Assembly: GCA_965237805.1 (NCBI GenBank)
Contig: OZ250153.1
Coordinates: 704,001 to 768,000 of the forward strand
Direction of reading: 5' to 3'
Length of the DNA stretch: 64,000 nucleotides
From: Gammaproteobacteria bacterium
GTDB taxonomy: Bacteria > Pseudomonadota > Gammaproteobacteria > JABABF01
Shown here: one piece after another, positions 22,470 through 34,106 of the stretch
How positions within the stretch are numbered: the first letter of the stretch is position 1
How the letters are laid out: the number at the start of each line of letters is the position of its first letter
Translations under genes and position numbers: made by a program
Notes under the pieces: generated by a model
What the model was told of the DNA's origin: nothing
The model's input: only the letters and a program-made list of their open reading frames with translations
Databases searched by the model: none

Positions 22470-23012
22470 TCATTTTTTCTTCGCTCCCTTGCGCCGCACC
22501 GTTTCGTCAGAGTAGCGCACGCCTTTGCCTTTGTATGGCTCTGGCGACCGCAGTGCACGCAGCTCCGCCGCCGTCTGCCCCAAGCGTTGCTTGTCCGCAC
22601 TGCGCAACACAATCTCTGTCTGGCTCGGCAACTCGGCGCTAACTCCTGCCGGCAGCTGGTAGAGCACCGGGTGAGAGAAGCCCAAGGTCAACTGCAAGAT
22701 ATTGCCGCTCAGCGCGGCGCGATAGCCGATGCCGTTCAACAACAGGCGGCGCTCGAAGCCCACACTGAGACCATGCGCCATATTGCCCGCCAAGGCACGC
22801 ATCGTCCCAGCCATCGCACGCGAGCGGCGATCGATGTCATCACCCGGAGCAAAAGACACCACCCGCCTGTCCTCGCTCAACACGACGCGCACACTGTCGT
22901 GCACGGTCATGTCCAAGGATTTGCTACCAGCGCTGAAGCTCAGTTTGGCACCGTCAATTACAGCCGTGATGCTGTCGGGCAATTGCAAGGGGGCACGGGC
23001 AATACGAGACAT
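22470..23012 (-). CDS. rplF: 50S ribosomal protein L6
   Basis: MSRIA, GIGYRA, LGFSHPV, PEPYKGKGVRY. Confidence 0.96.
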   Translation of the reverse strand: MSRIARAPLQLPDSITAVIDGAKLSFSAGSKSLDMTVHDSVRVVLSEDRRVVSFAPGDDIDRRSRAMAGTMRALAGNMAHGLSVGFERRLLLNGIGYRAALSGNILQLTLGFSHPVLYQLPAGVSAELPSQTEIVLRSADKQRLGQTAAELRALRSPEPYKGKGVRYSDETVRRKGAKKK

Positions 23013-23048
23013 TTTATTAAAGCTAGGCCAACGGCCACCGCAGCTCCC

Positions 23049-23447
23049 TCAAAATACCGTGCACAGCACTTCACCGCCGATACCAGCGGCGCGCGCAACA
23101 CGGTCGCTCATCACACCCCGATTGGTCGAGATGACGGCGACCCCCAAGCCGTTGCGTACTTTTGGCAGCTCGGCGCAACCCACATAGCGGCGCAAGCCGG
23201 AACGGCTGACTCGCCGCAATTCGCGTACCACTGGCCGATCGTTGTGGTAACGCAGGCCAACGCGTATCCAGCGGCGTGCGCCTTGGGAATTGTCTTCGCG
23301 GCACTCGCCGATATAGCCTTCCGCACGCAACACATCGCACACCGATGCCACCAGCCGCGAGGCGGGTACCAACACCTCGTCGCGACGCACCATCTGCGCA
23401 TTGCGAATGCGTGTGAGCGCATCCGCCAGCGGATCTTGCATACTCAT
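23049..23447 (-). CDS. rpsH: 30S ribosomal protein S8
   Basis: MSMQDPLADALTRIRNA, GLGVAVIST, GGEV. Confidence 0.96.
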   Translation of the reverse strand: MSMQDPLADALTRIRNAQMVRRDEVLVPASRLVASVCDVLRAEGYIGECREDNSQGARRWIRVGLRYHNDRPVVRELRRVSRSGLRRYVGCAELPKVRNGLGVAVISTNRGVMSDRVARAAGIGGEVLCTVF

Positions 23448-23463
23448 ACCAAAGCCTCCGCAC

Positions 23464-23769
23464 TCACCAACTGGCCTTGACCAGCCCGGGGATGTGGCCT
23501 TGCATCGCGGCTTCACGCAGGCGGTTGCGCCCCAAGCCGAACTTGCGATAGCAAGCATTGCCGCGACCGCTGAAGTGACAACGACGCCGCAGGCGAGCCG
23601 GACAGGCATCGCGCGGCTGCCGCTGCAATTGTTCTTGCGCTTCCCAACGCTGTTGCTGGGTAGCGGTCTGGTCGCCAGCACGCCGCTTCAGCTCGGCACG
23701 GCGCTCGGCGTAGCGAGCCACCAGCCGCTCCCGCCGCTTATTGCGCGCAATCACGGATTTCTTAGCCAT
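23464..23769 (-). CDS. rpsN: 30S ribosomal protein S14 (long form)
   Basis: MAKKS, RKFGLGR, IPGLVKASW. Confidence 0.96.
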   Translation of the reverse strand: MAKKSVIARNKRRERLVARYAERRAELKRRAGDQTATQQQRWEAQEQLQRQPRDACPARLRRRCHFSGRGNACYRKFGLGRNRLREAAMQGHIPGLVKASW

Positions 23770-23805
23770 TTTTCATGCCGCTCCTAAAAGCTATTCCAAC
23801 GCACT

Positions 23806-24354
23806 CTATTGACCACGCAACGGCATGCCAAAAGCAAGTAGCAATGCACGCGCCTCGTCGTCATTTGTGCCGGTCGTCGTGATCGCCACATCTAAGCCGC
23901 GCAACTTGTTAATTTTATCGTAATCCACCTCGGGAAAAACAATCTGCTCAGCGATGCCTAGCGAGTAGTTGCCGCGACCGTCGAAAGCACGCGGCGACAG
24001 GCCGCGAAAGTCCCGGATACGCGGCAACGCGATATTGATCAGCCGATCCAAGAACTCATACATGCGCTCCGCACGCAATGTCACCTTGCAACCAATCGGC
24101 CAGCCATCACGAATTTTGAAGCCAGCAATGGATTTGCGCGCCCGCGTCGTCACTGGCTTCTGACCGGAAATCAAAGCGAGATCATTGGCCGCGTGTTCCA
24201 GCATTTTCTTATCGCCCACCGCCTCTCCAACCCCCATATTCAGCGTGATTTTGCTGATGCGAGGCACACGCATCGGTGTCGACAAGCCCAAGTCGCGCTG
24301 CAGACGCGGACGGATCTCATCCCGGTACTGTATTTGCAAACGCGCTGGCATCAC
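23806..24354 (-). CDS. rplE: 50S ribosomal protein L5
   Basis: [29 protein letters not shown]. Confidence 0.97.
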   Translation of the reverse strand: MMPARLQIQYRDEIRPRLQRDLGLSTPMRVPRISKITLNMGVGEAVGDKKMLEHAANDLALISGQKPVTTRARKSIAGFKIRDGWPIGCKVTLRAERMYEFLDRLINIALPRIRDFRGLSPRAFDGRGNYSLGIAEQIVFPEVDYDKINKLRGLDVAITTTGTNDDEARALLLAFGMPLRGQ

Positions 24355-24725
24355 TACTGCTCCTCTATGGAAGCGACGGGCATGCTCTGCCCTTTGGCAC
24401 GAAAGACGCGCAATTTTTTGCCGTCGTCACCACGCTCGAAACCGACGCGCCCGGCGCGCCCGGTCTCAGGATTGAACAAGCCCACATTGGAGGCATCGAT
24501 CGGTGCCTCTTGCTCAATGATGCCGCCGGGCTGGTTACGGGTCGGATCGGGACGCTTATGCCGCTTGACGATATTGACCCCCTCGACCAATAGCCGCCCG
24601 TCTGGCAATGCCCGCAACACCTTGCCGCGCCGCCCACGTGAGCGGCCGCTCAGCACGATCACCTCGTCATCGCGACGTAACTTGCGACTCGCACGCCGAC
24701 CGGGCTGCACATTTCCCTTGGTCAT
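24354..24725 (-). CDS. rplX: 50S ribosomal protein L24
   Basis: [28 protein letters not shown]. Confidence 0.95.
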   Translation of the reverse strand: MTKGNVQPGRRASRKLRRDDEVIVLSGRSRGRRGKVLRALPDGRLLVEGVNIVKRHKRPDPTRNQPGGIIEQEAPIDASNVGLFNPETGRAGRVGFERGDDGKKLRVFRAKGQSMPVASIEEQ

Positions 24726-24768
24726 CAACAATCGCCCCAAAATCCAACGAGTGCGCCCATGTCGCCGC

Positions 24769-25134
24769 TCACAACACCTCGGGCGCAAGCGAAACGATGC
24801 GCATGAAGCGACTGCGCAACTCGCGGGTCACCGGGCCAAAGATACGTGTGCCGACCGGAGCCAGCTGGGGGGTGAGCAAGACGACGGCGTTTTCGTCGAA
24901 ACGGATCAACGAACCATCCGGCCTGCGCACACCGTGGCAAGTACGCACCACCAAAGCAGTCATCACCTGCCCCTTTTTGATCCGACCGCCGGGACTGGCC
25001 TCTTTGACTGCCACTTTGATCAAATCGCCGATCCCCGCCGTGCGCCGGCGCGAACCCCCTAAGACTTTGATGCACATAGCTCGGCGTGCACCGCTGTTGT
25101 CGGCGACGCTGATCTGTGTTTGAACTTGAATCAT
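24769..25134 (-). CDS. rplN: 50S ribosomal protein L14
   Basis: [29 protein letters not shown]. Confidence 0.97.
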   Translation of the reverse strand: MIQVQTQISVADNSGARRAMCIKVLGGSRRRTAGIGDLIKVAVKEASPGGRIKKGQVMTALVVRTCHGVRRPDGSLIRFDENAVVLLTPQLAPVGTRIFGPVTRELRSRFMRIVSLAPEVL

Positions 25135-25204
25135 GGTGTGTTCTCGTCGACGCGCACCGCGGTATCCGCAATGCGCAGCGATCGCTAAGTGGCACTACCA
25201 CCAC

Positions 25205-25492
25205 CTAGCGCTCTCCCTCGGCTCGCTGGTCAACGCTGATCAACATCCAAGACTTGGTGCGGGAAATCGGTCGCGTCTCGCCGATGGTGACCAAATCGCC
25301 CAGCTGACACTCGTTGTCCGCATCGTGCGCGTGATAGCGCGACGAGCGCGTCAGGTATTTCCCATACAGCGGATGGCGGACACGGCGCTCCACCCGCACC
25401 GTGATGGTCTTGTCACCCCGATTGCTGACCACGCGACCGGCCACGCGGCGGGCACGGTCGGAGACCTGTAGCGACACGCCACTATCACTCAC
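25205..25492 (-). CDS. rpsQ: 30S ribosomal protein S17
   Basis: [29 protein letters not shown]. Confidence 0.96.
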   Translation of the reverse strand: MSDSGVSLQVSDRARRVAGRVVSNRGDKTITVRVERRVRHPLYGKYLTRSSRYHAHDADNECQLGDLVTIGETRPISRTKSWMLISVDQRAEGER

Positions 25493-25719
25493 GACTCGTC
25501 TCCATCCAACTCGAGCTCTGGTGCCGACAGGCGACGCACGCTCAGTTCGGTTTTGATACGCGCCACATCAGCGCGCAAATTGCGCAACTGGTGTGTCTGT
25601 GTCAACTGCCGAGCCGCGTGTTGCACGCGCATGCGCAACTGCTCACGGCGCAGCCCCAGCAATTTATCCCCCAACTCGCGCTCATTCAGCACACGCAAAT
25701 CCGCCGACTGCAGGCTCAT
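25489..25719 (-). CDS. rpmC: 50S ribosomal protein L29
   Basis: [21 protein letters not shown]; operon position. Confidence 0.93.
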   Translation of the reverse strand: MSLQSADLRVLNERELGDKLLGLRREQLRMRVQHAARQLTQTHQLRNLRADVARIKTELSVRRLSAPELELDGDES

Positions 25720-26132
25720 AGCTGCAGCTCCCGCCGCACGAAAGATGTCGGCACCGACATCTTGGCCGCAGCGCGGCGCAATGCCTCGCGCGCCAACTCC
25801 TCGTCGACACCCTCGAGCTCATAGATCATGCGGCCAGGCTGCACTAGCGCGACCCAGTACTCGACATTGCCCTTGCCCTTGCCCTGACGCACTTCCAACG
25901 GCTTGCGCGTGATCGGCTTATCGGGGAAAACGCGAATCCAAATCTTGCCGCCACGGCGAATATGGCGTGTCATGGCGCGTCGCCCGGCTTCCACTTGGCG
26001 CGCCGTGAGCCGCCCGCGACCGGTGGCACGCAAACCGTATTCGCCAAAACTCACCGCATTGCCACTCTGCGCCAAGCCGCGGTTGCGGCCCTTGTGCTGC
26101 TTGCGGTAGCGCGTCTGCTTGGGTTGCAACAT
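25716..26132 (-). CDS. rplP: 50S ribosomal protein L16
   Basis: [20 protein letters not shown]. Confidence 0.97.
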   Translation of the reverse strand: MLQPKQTRYRKQHKGRNRGLAQSGNAVSFGEYGLRATGRGRLTARQVEAGRRAMTRHIRRGGKIWIRVFPDKPITRKPLEVRQGKGKGNVEYWVALVQPGRMIYELEGVDEELAREALRRAAAKMSVPTSFVRRELQL

Positions 26133-26141
26133 GACCGCTAC

Positions 26142-26846
26142 CTAACTTGTCGCAGCTGCGGAGTCAAAATCGCCGCCCGCCGGTGCTGAGGCAGCGGCGG
26201 GCTCACCGACCACCTCGCGCTTGAAAATCCATACCTTGACGCCGATCACACCATAGGTGGTCTGGGCGGTGGCGGTGGCATAGTCAATGTCAGCGCGCAA
26301 GGTGTGCAAAGGCACCCGCCCCTCGCGATAGGTCTCGGTGCGTGCGATCTCCGCTCCGCCGAGCCTGCCGCTGACCTGTAAGCGCACACCCTCAGCACCA
26401 CTGCCCAAGCGCATGGTATGTTGCAGTGCCTTGCGCATAGCGCGGCGGAACATCACTCGATTCTCCAATTGCTCGGCGATGTTCTGCGCCACCAATACGG
26501 CATCAAGATCTGGCTTGCGCACCTCTTGGATATCAATTTGCAGGTTGATGGACGGAAAGTATCGTGCGACCAAATCTTTGCGCAACCGGTCGATATCAGC
26601 ACCTTTTTTGCCGATCACAATGCCTGGGCGAGCCGTGTGAATCGTGATTTTGACATCGTGCGAAGCACGGCGCTCAATCGCAATGCGGCTAATCTTGGCC
26701 GCTTTCAGATCGCGCTCTAGCTGTGCACGCACCTGGAGATCGACCAGCAATTGCTCGGTATAGGTACGCTTTTCGGCGTGCCAAATCGAAGTGTGCTGGT
26801 GCACAATGCCGAGCCGGAATCCGACTGGATGGACTTTTTGTCCCAT
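26142..26846 (-). CDS. rpsC: 30S ribosomal protein S3
   Basis: [45 protein letters not shown]. Confidence 0.97.
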   Translation of the reverse strand: MGQKVHPVGFRLGIVHQHTSIWHAEKRTYTEQLLVDLQVRAQLERDLKAAKISRIAIERRASHDVKITIHTARPGIVIGKKGADIDRLRKDLVARYFPSINLQIDIQEVRKPDLDAVLVAQNIAEQLENRVMFRRAMRKALQHTMRLGSGAEGVRLQVSGRLGGAEIARTETYREGRVPLHTLRADIDYATATAQTTYGVIGVKVWIFKREVVGEPAAASAPAGGDFDSAAATS

Positions 26847-26868
26847 GATTCCTAATCTCGTGACCGTA

Positions 26869-27207
26869 TCAGGCCGCGCTGTCACCGACACACACGGAGA
26901 TGTGGCAGCTGCGTTTGAAAATTCGGTCAGCTCGTCCGCGCGCACGTGGATGCACCCGCTTCATCGTCGGCCCTTCGTCGATATTGATGCGGGACACACG
27001 CAACCCGTCGACATCAGCATGCGCATTGTGGACGGCGTTGGCAATGGCAGATTTTAGCACTTTCTCGAGCAGAGCAGCAGCTTTTTGCGGGCTGAAGTGG
27101 AGGATCTCCAGCGCCTCGCCAACCCGGCGTCCACGCAGCATGTCGGCCACCAGCCGCACCTTGTACGCCGAGCTGCGCGCCCCGCGGTGTATCGCAACAG
27201 TTTCCAT
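26869..27207 (-). CDS. rplV: 50S ribosomal protein L22
   Basis: KVRLVAD, SAIANA, PRARGRA. Confidence 0.96.
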   Translation of the reverse strand: METVAIHRGARSSAYKVRLVADMLRGRRVGEALEILHFSPQKAAALLEKVLKSAIANAVHNAHADVDGLRVSRINIDEGPTMKRVHPRARGRADRIFKRSCHISVCVGDSAA

Positions 27208-27233
27208 CGCTCCCTCTCCCTCGTCAACAGCCG

Positions 27234-27512
27234 CTAGCGCAACTTGGCCTTACGGTCACCGGAGTGACTGCGGAACTGACGGGTGATGGCAAACTCGCCC
27301 AGCTTGTGCCCCACCATGTCCTCATTGATCAATATCGGCACATGATCGCGACCATTGTGTATGGAGATGGTCAGACCGACCATCTCCGGGGTCACCATCG
27401 AACGGCGTGACCAGGTGCGGATCGGACGGCGGCTGAAACTCTCCACCGCAGCGCGCACCTTAGCCATCAGCGCCAAGTCCACAAAAGGCCCTTTTTTCAA
27501 TGATCTCGGCAT
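27234..27512 (-). CDS. rpsS: 30S ribosomal protein S19
   Basis: [27 protein letters not shown]. Confidence 0.97.
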   Translation of the reverse strand: MPRSLKKGPFVDLALMAKVRAAVESFSRRPIRTWSRRSMVTPEMVGLTISIHNGRDHVPILINEDMVGHKLGEFAITRQFRSHSGDRKAKLR

Positions 27513-27528
27513 CAGCTCACACCTATAT

Positions 27529-28362
27529 TCAACGTCTGCGCGCACGGCGGCGCACAATCAACTGGTCACTGGAACGACGGCGACGGGTCTTATAACCCTT
27601 GGTCGGTTGTCCCCAAGGTGTCACCGGATGACGACCGCCAGAGCTCTTGCCCTCGCCGCCGCCGTGCGGGTGATCCACCGGGTTCATCGCCACACCGCGC
27701 ACCGTCGGCCGCCGCCCATGCCAGCGAGAAGCCCCAGCCTTGCCCAAGGAGCGCAGGGAATGTTCGGAATTAGACACCTCCCCCAGCGTGGCACGACACT
27801 CAACCAACACCTTGCGCATCTCACCGGAGCACAGGCGCAATGTGGCATAACGTCCTTCGCGCGCCACCAGTTGAGCTGAAGCACCGGCCGAGCGCGCCAA
27901 CTGCGCCCCCTTACCGGGCTTGAGCTCGATGCAGTGTATCCGGTCGCCCATCGGCATATTAGCCAGCGGCAAGCTATTGCCGGGGCGGATCGGTGCCTCA
28001 GCACCGGACATCAGCTGATCCCCCACCGCCACCTTGCGGGCGGCGATGACATAGCGGCGCTCGCCGTCGGCATAGAGCAATAGGGCGATGTAAGCACTGC
28101 GGTTCGGATCGTATTCCAAGCGCTCGACACGGGCGATGATGCCATCCTTGTCGCGGCGAAAGTCGATGCGGCGATAGCGCTGCTTATGGCCACCCCCGAT
28201 GTGCCGCGTCGTGATGCGCCCACGGTTGTTACGCCCGCCACTGTTGCGCGAACGCCCCTCGAGCAATGGCTTCCACGGATCACCCTTATGGAGGGCGGGT
28301 TCGCGCACGATGACCATGCCGCGGCGACCCGGAGAGGTCGGTTTGACTTTGATTACCGCCAT
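27529..28362 (-). CDS. rplB: 50S ribosomal protein L2
   Basis: [33 protein letters not shown]. Confidence 0.97.
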   Translation of the reverse strand: MAVIKVKPTSPGRRGMVIVREPALHKGDPWKPLLEGRSRNSGGRNNRGRITTRHIGGGHKQRYRRIDFRRDKDGIIARVERLEYDPNRSAYIALLLYADGERRYVIAARKVAVGDQLMSGAEAPIRPGNSLPLANMPMGDRIHCIELKPGKGAQLARSAGASAQLVAREGRYATLRLCSGEMRKVLVECRATLGEVSNSEHSLRSLGKAGASRWHGRRPTVRGVAMNPVDHPHGGGEGKSSGGRHPVTPWGQPTKGYKTRRRRSSDQLIVRRRARRR

Positions 28363-28399
28363 GACAGACCTCCGGCGACAAAGTGCATCAACCGTGCCA

Positions 28400-28714
28400 T
28401 CAGCTGAGCTCCAGTTTGCGTTCGAGATCCAGTTGCTGCCCTGGTGCCAACCTGACATAGGCTTTCTTCCAAGCCCGCCGACGACCCGCAATCTGCCGTG
28501 TCCGGACGCGCTTGCCGGGCACATTGAGCACTTGTACCGACAGCACCGACACCTTAAATAGCTGCTCAACGGCGCGGCGAACCTCTGGGCGCGTAGCGTC
28601 CCGAGCCACCCGGAAGACGTACTGCCCGCGCTGCATGTTGAGCGCAGCTTTCTCTGAAACCCGCGGCGCTTGGATGATTTGGAACATGCGCTCGCTACGC
28701 AAATCAGCACTCAT
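28400..28714 (-). CDS. rplW: 50S ribosomal protein L23
   Basis: [23 protein letters not shown]. Confidence 0.95.
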   Translation of the reverse strand: MSADLRSERMFQIIQAPRVSEKAALNMQRGQYVFRVARDATRPEVRRAVEQLFKVSVLSVQVLNVPGKRVRTRQIAGRRRAWKKAYVRLAPGQQLDLERKLELS

Positions 28715-29385
28715 TGCAAACGCGCCTCAATCGCCGACAATGCCAGTGGATCGAACAGTGCCCGCCCACAGCCCAAAAGCGCCTCCGGGCAGAGCTGGGC
28801 AACGGTGCAAACCGTCACTTTGGGCAGATTGCGCGCCGCCAATTGGAGCGTCACATCCTCTTCGACACTGACCAAGAGCAGAGGCTCAACACGCCACTGG
28901 CGTCCGTCGAGCAGAGCGGCCAACAGCTGGGTTCTCGGAGCCTGCGAATCGGGATCGACGATTTGCTCGGCCAAGCCGGACACCACCTCAATGCGCCCTT
29001 GGCGCAACATCTGCGACAAAACGGCGCGCATCGCGCCACCGTACATCTTGCGATTGACTTTTTGCCGGTAATCGCGCGGCTGGGCGGCAAAGGTGACACC
29101 ACCACCGCGCCACAACGGATTGCGAGCACTGCCGACACGGGCACGGCCAGTCCCCTTTTGACGCCACGGCTTGCGGCCGCTGCCACTGACTTGGCCACGG
29201 CTCTTCTGAGCACTGCTCCCCTGACGCCCCGCAGCCAACCTCGAGCCGATCACTTGGTGCACCAAAGCGGCGTTGAAGGGACAGTCAAACACCCGCTCAG
29301 ACAAGCCGATACGCTCGGACGAGCCACCGCCCAGAGCCGTCACCTCAAGCCCCAGTGCGCCCGCTGCCGCCGACTCAGCCGCCAT
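28711..29385 (-). CDS. rplD: 50S ribosomal protein L4
   Basis: VSGSGRKPWRQKGTGRAR, WRGGG. Confidence 0.96.
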   Translation of the reverse strand: MAAESAAAGALGLEVTALGGGSSERIGLSERVFDCPFNAALVHQVIGSRLAAGRQGSSAQKSRGQVSGSGRKPWRQKGTGRARVGSARNPLWRGGGVTFAAQPRDYRQKVNRKMYGGAMRAVLSQMLRQGRIEVVSGLAEQIVDPDSQAPRTQLLAALLDGRQWRVEPLLLVSVEEDVTLQLAARNLPKVTVCTVAQLCPEALLGCGRALFDPLALSAIEARLQ

Positions 29386-30098
29386 CAGCCATTGCCCGCA
29401 GCGCTGGCTTTGACCGCACCGCGCACCACCACCTCGCCACCAGTGGCACCGGGGACAGCGCCGCGCACCAGCAACAGGTGCCGCTCGGCATCAACTCGCT
29501 CGACGCGCAAATTCTGGGTCGTGACTTGGCGGTCACCCATATGCCCCGACATCTTCTTGCCTTTCCACACCCGCCCCGGCGTCTGGCACTGGCCGATGGA
29601 GCCGTTGGAACGGTGCGAGAGCGAGTTGCCGTGGGTGGCATCTTGGGAGCTGAAATTCCAGCGCTTGATACCACCCTGAAAACCTTTGCCCTTGGAGCGC
29701 GCTGAGACATCGACCCGCTGCCCGGCCATAAAGCACTGGTCGACCGCAAACTCGGCACCCAGATGCAACGGGTCTTCACCCTGCTCATCACCGCCGAGCG
29801 CAACATCCCAACCCTCAGCCAAGCGAAACTCGCGCAGGCGGCGGCCAGGCTCAACTCCGGCACGCTCAAAATGCCCGGCCATCGGACGCGAAAGCGACTT
29901 GGCCTTGGGTGCAGTGCCATGTGTCAACTGCACAGCTTGGTAGCCGTCGCGCTCAACAGATCGCCGCTGTACCACGCGGTTGGGATGCACTTCGATCACC
30001 GTCACCGGCACCGAAGCACCCTCTTCGGTAAACAGGCGCGTCATCCCCAACTTACGACCGACCAAGCCGAGACCAAAAACTTTCTCTGTGGTCGCCAT
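29385..30098 (-). CDS. rplC: 50S ribosomal protein L3
   Basis: [32 protein letters not shown]. Confidence 0.96.
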   Translation of the reverse strand: MATTEKVFGLGLVGRKLGMTRLFTEEGASVPVTVIEVHPNRVVQRRSVERDGYQAVQLTHGTAPKAKSLSRPMAGHFERAGVEPGRRLREFRLAEGWDVALGGDEQGEDPLHLGAEFAVDQCFMAGQRVDVSARSKGKGFQGGIKRWNFSSQDATHGNSLSHRSNGSIGQCQTPGRVWKGKKMSGHMGDRQVTTQNLRVERVDAERHLLLVRGAVPGATGGEVVVRGAVKASAAGNG

Positions 30099-30117
30099 CG
30101 CTATCTTCCCCGCCTCA

Positions 30118-30450
30118 TCAGCTGTCGCCACGTAGCACCGTAATCTGGATGCCGACGCCAGCCGATAGATCTAAATTGCTCAGCGCGTTGATCGTCTGCG
30201 GCGTCGCCAAGATCTCGATCAGGCGCGCATGGGTACGGATCTCGTACTGGTCGCGGGCATCCTTATTGACATGTGGCGAGATCAACACGGTAAAGCGCTC
30301 ACGGCGCACCGGCAACGGAATCGGGCCGCAAGTTTTCGAACCAGTACGGCGGGCCATCTCGACCACCTCACGCACTGATGCATCGATCAAACGGTGGTCA
30401 AAACTCTTCAATTTGATGCGTATGCGTTGCTCTTGCACCGCTCTAGCCAC
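30118..30450 (-). CDS. rpsJ: 30S ribosomal protein S10
   Basis: [33 protein letters not shown]. Confidence 0.97.
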   Translation of the reverse strand: MARAVQEQRIRIKLKSFDHRLIDASVREVVEMARRTGSKTCGPIPLPVRRERFTVLISPHVNKDARDQYEIRTHARLIEILATPQTINALSNLDLSAGVGIQITVLRGDS

Positions 30451-30462
30451 CCCATATCGGCA

Positions 30463-30506
30463 TTGCGCAGCTGACCCCGCCCAAAAGCACGGGGTCAGCT
30501 GCGCAA
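30463..30506 (-). promoter_or_regulatory. 17-bp perfect hairpin in the S10 operon leader
   Basis: TTGCGCAGCTGACCCCG (30463-30479) / CGGGGTCAGCTGCGCAA (30490-30506). Confidence 0.7.
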
Positions 30507-30539
30507 CAACTGATATCTGCCTGTTGTACTGAACCCCTT

Positions 30540-30569
30540 ATTGTATGACGACGCCAATGGCTCTGTCAA
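30540..30569 (-). promoter_or_regulatory. S10 operon sigma70 promoter
   Basis: TTGACA-18 bp-TACAAT. Confidence 0.75.
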
Positions 30570-30729
30570 TCAATAAGCGCGATCACCAACACTGGCCAAG
30601 GCTTGCTAAAGGCCTAAAATCTCAGGCGCAAAGTGATCTCATGGCACCATGCGACCCGAGCCATCGCGCAGATCTTGCGAGCTTGCAATCGCGCAGCTGA
30701 TGATACCGGCCACCGGAGCAAACAACGGC

Positions 30730-31335
30730 CTAAAACCGTACTCCTACAGTGATCTCGTGCCCCCTGAAGGTATGGTAGCCATAGCCGACAACGAAGCGCC
30801 GAGGCGAGTAGTGCACCCCGACGCTATAGGCAAAATGCTTCTCGCTGTAGCTGGTGCGGCACTGGCCATTGCTGTCCAAAAAGACCGCGCAACCTTTTTC
30901 GAAATAATAGCCGCCGCCAGTGTAAGCGACCACTTGGCGGGTGAGCCCAGTGAAGTACAGCAGATCAAAACCGCGCACATAATCCCGCCGCCGACTGGTC
31001 GGCCCCAGACCCAGCGCCGCGCCTGCTAAGTCTCTTGCTACAACCTCGGTGAAATCCAAAGCCTCGTAGAACACGACCCCGACACCCTGCACCTGCACAC
31101 CAACAGAGACAGAGAGCGCTCCATCCAATTTGCCACCAATCCCGGCACCCAGCCACAGCGAGGCCTGAGATCGTGTCTGCGCGGTAGCCACCGGACTCGA
31201 TAAGGCCAGCACGGCCAGTGCTACCGCTGCCACCAGCCTACACGAGATGCTCCGAAGCAGTGCCATACTGCGCTCAGCCACCAGCATGCACGCCAATGCT
31301 ATCGGGCGGCTCGGCACCGACTCAGATGCCATCAT
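30730..31335 (-). CDS. Putative small outer-membrane beta-barrel protein (orphan)
   Basis: Signal peptide ending VATA-Q, Gly/Tyr-rich amphipathic strands (YTGGGYY, YSVGVHY, VGYGY), C-terminal ITVGVRF beta-signal; start uncertain. Confidence 0.65.
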   Translation of the reverse strand: MMASESVPSRPIALACMLVAERSMALLRSISCRLVAAVALAVLALSSPVATAQTRSQASLWLGAGIGGKLDGALSVSVGVQVQGVGVVFYEALDFTEVVARDLAGAALGLGPTSRRRDYVRGFDLLYFTGLTRQVVAYTGGGYYFEKGCAVFLDSNGQCRTSYSEKHFAYSVGVHYSPRRFVVGYGYHTFRGHEITVGVRF

Positions 31336-31365
31336 GTATTGATCTCAAACATGGCCACAGCGGCT

Positions 31366-31374
31366 ATCATAGCA
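31366..31374 (-). promoter_or_regulatory. Extended -10 element upstream of the beta-barrel gene
   Basis: TGcTATGAT about 30 nt before the first ATG. Confidence 0.4.
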
Positions 31375-31478
31375 GCTGCCATCGACACGGACGGCTTGCG
31401 GCGGCGGGGTCACACCGACTCGGTCACAGTACGAACCACCACTACCGCCAAGCCGCACGCCCCTAAACAGAATCGTAC

Positions 31479-33584
31479 TCAGCCGCCAGATTGGCGGATA
31501 ATCTCCTCACCGATGTTGTCTGGCACCTCGGCGTAGCGCTCAAATTCCATCGTGAAAGTCGCCCGCCCTTGGGAGGCCGAGCGCAGATCCGTGGCGTAGC
31601 CAAACATCTCTGCCAAGGGCACGACCGCCGTCACCACCTTGCCCATCTGGCTGTCCTCCATACCCTGCACCATGCCGCGGCGACGATTCAAATCGCCGAC
31701 CACATCGCCCATATAAGCCTCAGGTGTGACCACTTCGACCATCATGACAGGTTCCAGCAATACGGGATCTGCTTTGCGCGCCCCATCGCGCAGCGCTTGA
31801 GAACCAGCAATCTTGAAAGCGATCTCGCTCGAATCCACATCGTGGAAGGAACCATCGTAGAGCGACACCTTCAGCGCCAGCAGCGGATAGCCCGCCAAAA
31901 CACCGTTTTGCATCTGCTCGCGCACGCCTTTGTCAACTGCTGGAATGTACTCGCGTGGCACCACGCCGCCGACGATCTCGTTGACAAACTCGTACTCGGA
32001 ATCGGCGGGCAAGGGCTCCAAGCGCAACCAGACATGACCGTACTGGCCGCGGCCACCGGTCTGTCGGATGTACTTGCCCTCCACCTCGACAGACTTGCGA
32101 ATGGTCTCTCGGTAGGCTACTTGGGGCTTACCGGACGAGGCATCGACCCCGAACTCCCGGCGCATGCGCTCGACCAACACATCGAGGTGCAACTCGCCCA
32201 TACCCGAGATAATAGTCTGACCGGACTCCTCGTCGCTCGCGACGCGGAACGATGGATCCTCGCGCGCCAGCTTGCCCAAAGCGACACTCATCTTTTCCTG
32301 ATCCGCCTTCGACTTCGGCTCCACGGCAACGGAGATCACCGGATCGGGGAAATCCATGCGCTCGAGTACGATGGGCTTGACTGGCGAACACAGCGTGTCG
32401 CCAGTGGCAACATTCTTCAGGCCGACGGCAGCTGCGATATCGCCAGCGTACAGCTCCCGCAACTCGTTGCGCTGGTTGGAATGCATTTGCACGATGCGAC
32501 CGATGCGCTCCTTGGAGCGCCGACCAGAATTGATCACCGCGTCCCCCGTGCGCATGACGCCAGAATACACGCGAAGATAACTCAGAGTACCGACAAATGG
32601 ATCGGTGGCGATCTTGAAAACTAATGCGGAAAAGGGGTCATCATCGGAGGCGGCGCGCTCGATGGGCGCATCGTCATCGGGCGACACACCCTTGATAGCA
32701 ATCACCTCGGGCGGTGCTGGTAAATAGTCAATAACAGCATCGAGTACCGCCTGTACCCCCTTGTTCTTAAAGGCTGAGCCACAGAGCGTGACGACGATCT
32801 CGTTGTCCAGCGTACGGCGGCGCAAGCCCGCACGGATTTGCTCCTCGCTGAGCTCGCGACCCTCTAAATAGGCCTCCATCAACTCATCGTTGGCTTCAGC
32901 CGCAGCCTCGACCATATACTCGCGCGCTGCCTCGCTTTCGGCACGCATAGCCTCAGGGATATCCCCCAATTCAAAGCTGACACCGAGATCAGCCTCATTC
33001 CACCAGATTGCCTGCATCCGCACCAAATCGATCACGCCCCGGAAGTCATATTCGGCCCCGATGGGCAACTGCACCGGCACTGGTGCCGCGCCGAGGCGAT
33101 CGCGCATCTGCGCCACCACGGACATAAAATCAGCCCCTGCCCGATCCATCTTATTGACAAAGGCGATACGCGGCACCGCATAGCGATTGGCTTGGCGCCA
33201 CACTGTTTCGGTTTGCGGTTGCACACCCGAAGCAGCGCACAGCACCACCACGGTCCCATCTAAGACGCGCAGCGAGCGTTCTACCTCGATAGTGAAATCG
33301 ACATGCCCGGGGGTGTCGATGATATTGATGCGGTGCTCGTCGTATTGCTGCGCCATGCCGCGCCAATGGCAGGTGGTGGCGGCAGAGGTAATGGTGATGC
33401 CACGCTCCTGCTCCTGCTCCATCCAGTCCATGATGGCAGTGCCATCATGGACCTCGCCCAACTTGTGCGACAAGCCTGTGTAAAACAGCACCCGCTCCGT
33501 GGTCGTCGTCTTGCCAGCATCGACATGGGCGCAGATGCCGATATTACGGTAACGTCCCAGACTGGTTTGACGCGGCACGGCCAA
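31479..33584 (-). CDS. fusA: Elongation factor G
   Basis: [31 protein letters not shown]. Confidence 0.98.
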   Translation of the reverse strand: MAVPRQTSLGRYRNIGICAHVDAGKTTTTERVLFYTGLSHKLGEVHDGTAIMDWMEQEQERGITITSAATTCHWRGMAQQYDEHRINIIDTPGHVDFTIEVERSLRVLDGTVVVLCAASGVQPQTETVWRQANRYAVPRIAFVNKMDRAGADFMSVVAQMRDRLGAAPVPVQLPIGAEYDFRGVIDLVRMQAIWWNEADLGVSFELGDIPEAMRAESEAAREYMVEAAAEANDELMEAYLEGRELSEEQIRAGLRRRTLDNEIVVTLCGSAFKNKGVQAVLDAVIDYLPAPPEVIAIKGVSPDDDAPIERAASDDDPFSALVFKIATDPFVGTLSYLRVYSGVMRTGDAVINSGRRSKERIGRIVQMHSNQRNELRELYAGDIAAAVGLKNVATGDTLCSPVKPIVLERMDFPDPVISVAVEPKSKADQEKMSVALGKLAREDPSFRVASDEESGQTIISGMGELHLDVLVERMRREFGVDASSGKPQVAYRETIRKSVEVEGKYIRQTGGRGQYGHVWLRLEPLPADSEYEFVNEIVGGVVPREYIPAVDKGVREQMQNGVLAGYPLLALKVSLYDGSFHDVDSSEIAFKIAGSQALRDGARKADPVLLEPVMMVEVVTPEAYMGDVVGDLNRRRGMVQGMEDSQMGKVVTAVVPLAEMFGYATDLRSASQGRATFTMEFERYAEVPDNIGEEIIRQSGG

Positions 33585-33590
33585 CAGCCT

Positions 33591-34073
33591 CTAGAAGCGA
33601 TAGTGGGCAAAGGCTTTATTCGCTTCCGCCATGCGATGGGTATCCTCGCGCTTCTTGACCGCCGCACCGCGTCCTTGAGCCGCATCCACAATCTCGCCAG
33701 CAAGGCGCGACGACATGGTTTTCTCGCTGCGCTTGCGTGCGCTATCAACCAGCCAACGCATCGCCAAAGCCTGACGTCGGCGCGGACGGACTTCGATCGG
33801 CACCTGATAAGTGGCACCGCCAACGCGACGCGATTTCACCTCGACTGACGGCTCAATATTCTCCAGCGCCTGACGGAAAACCGCCTCGGGTAGCGAGGCA
33901 TCAATGCTGCTGCCTCGCTGCGAGACAATATCCAGCGCACCGTAAACAATGCGCTCGGCCAGCGCTTTTTTACCGCGCACCATGACATGGTTGGTGAATT
34001 TGGCCAAGACCACGCTGTTGTATTTAGGATCCGGAGCGAGTTCCCGCCGCATCACAATTTGTTTTCTGGGCAT
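33591..34073 (-). CDS. rpsG: 30S ribosomal protein S7
   Basis: [25 protein letters not shown]. Confidence 0.97.
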   Translation of the reverse strand: MPRKQIVMRRELAPDPKYNSVVLAKFTNHVMVRGKKALAERIVYGALDIVSQRGSSIDASLPEAVFRQALENIEPSVEVKSRRVGGATYQVPIEVRPRRRQALAMRWLVDSARKRSEKTMSSRLAGEIVDAAQGRGAAVKKREDTHRMAEANKAFAHYRF

Positions 34074-34106
34074 CGAATCAGCTTCTCAAGGGAGGATAGA
34101 CAGCTC

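Noticed and set aside
31405-31460. Possible decayed tufA 3' remnant after fusA (GGTGGT-T-CGTACTGTG resembling GGRTV)
   Set aside because: The match is short, needs several indels, and could be chance in GC-rich DNA
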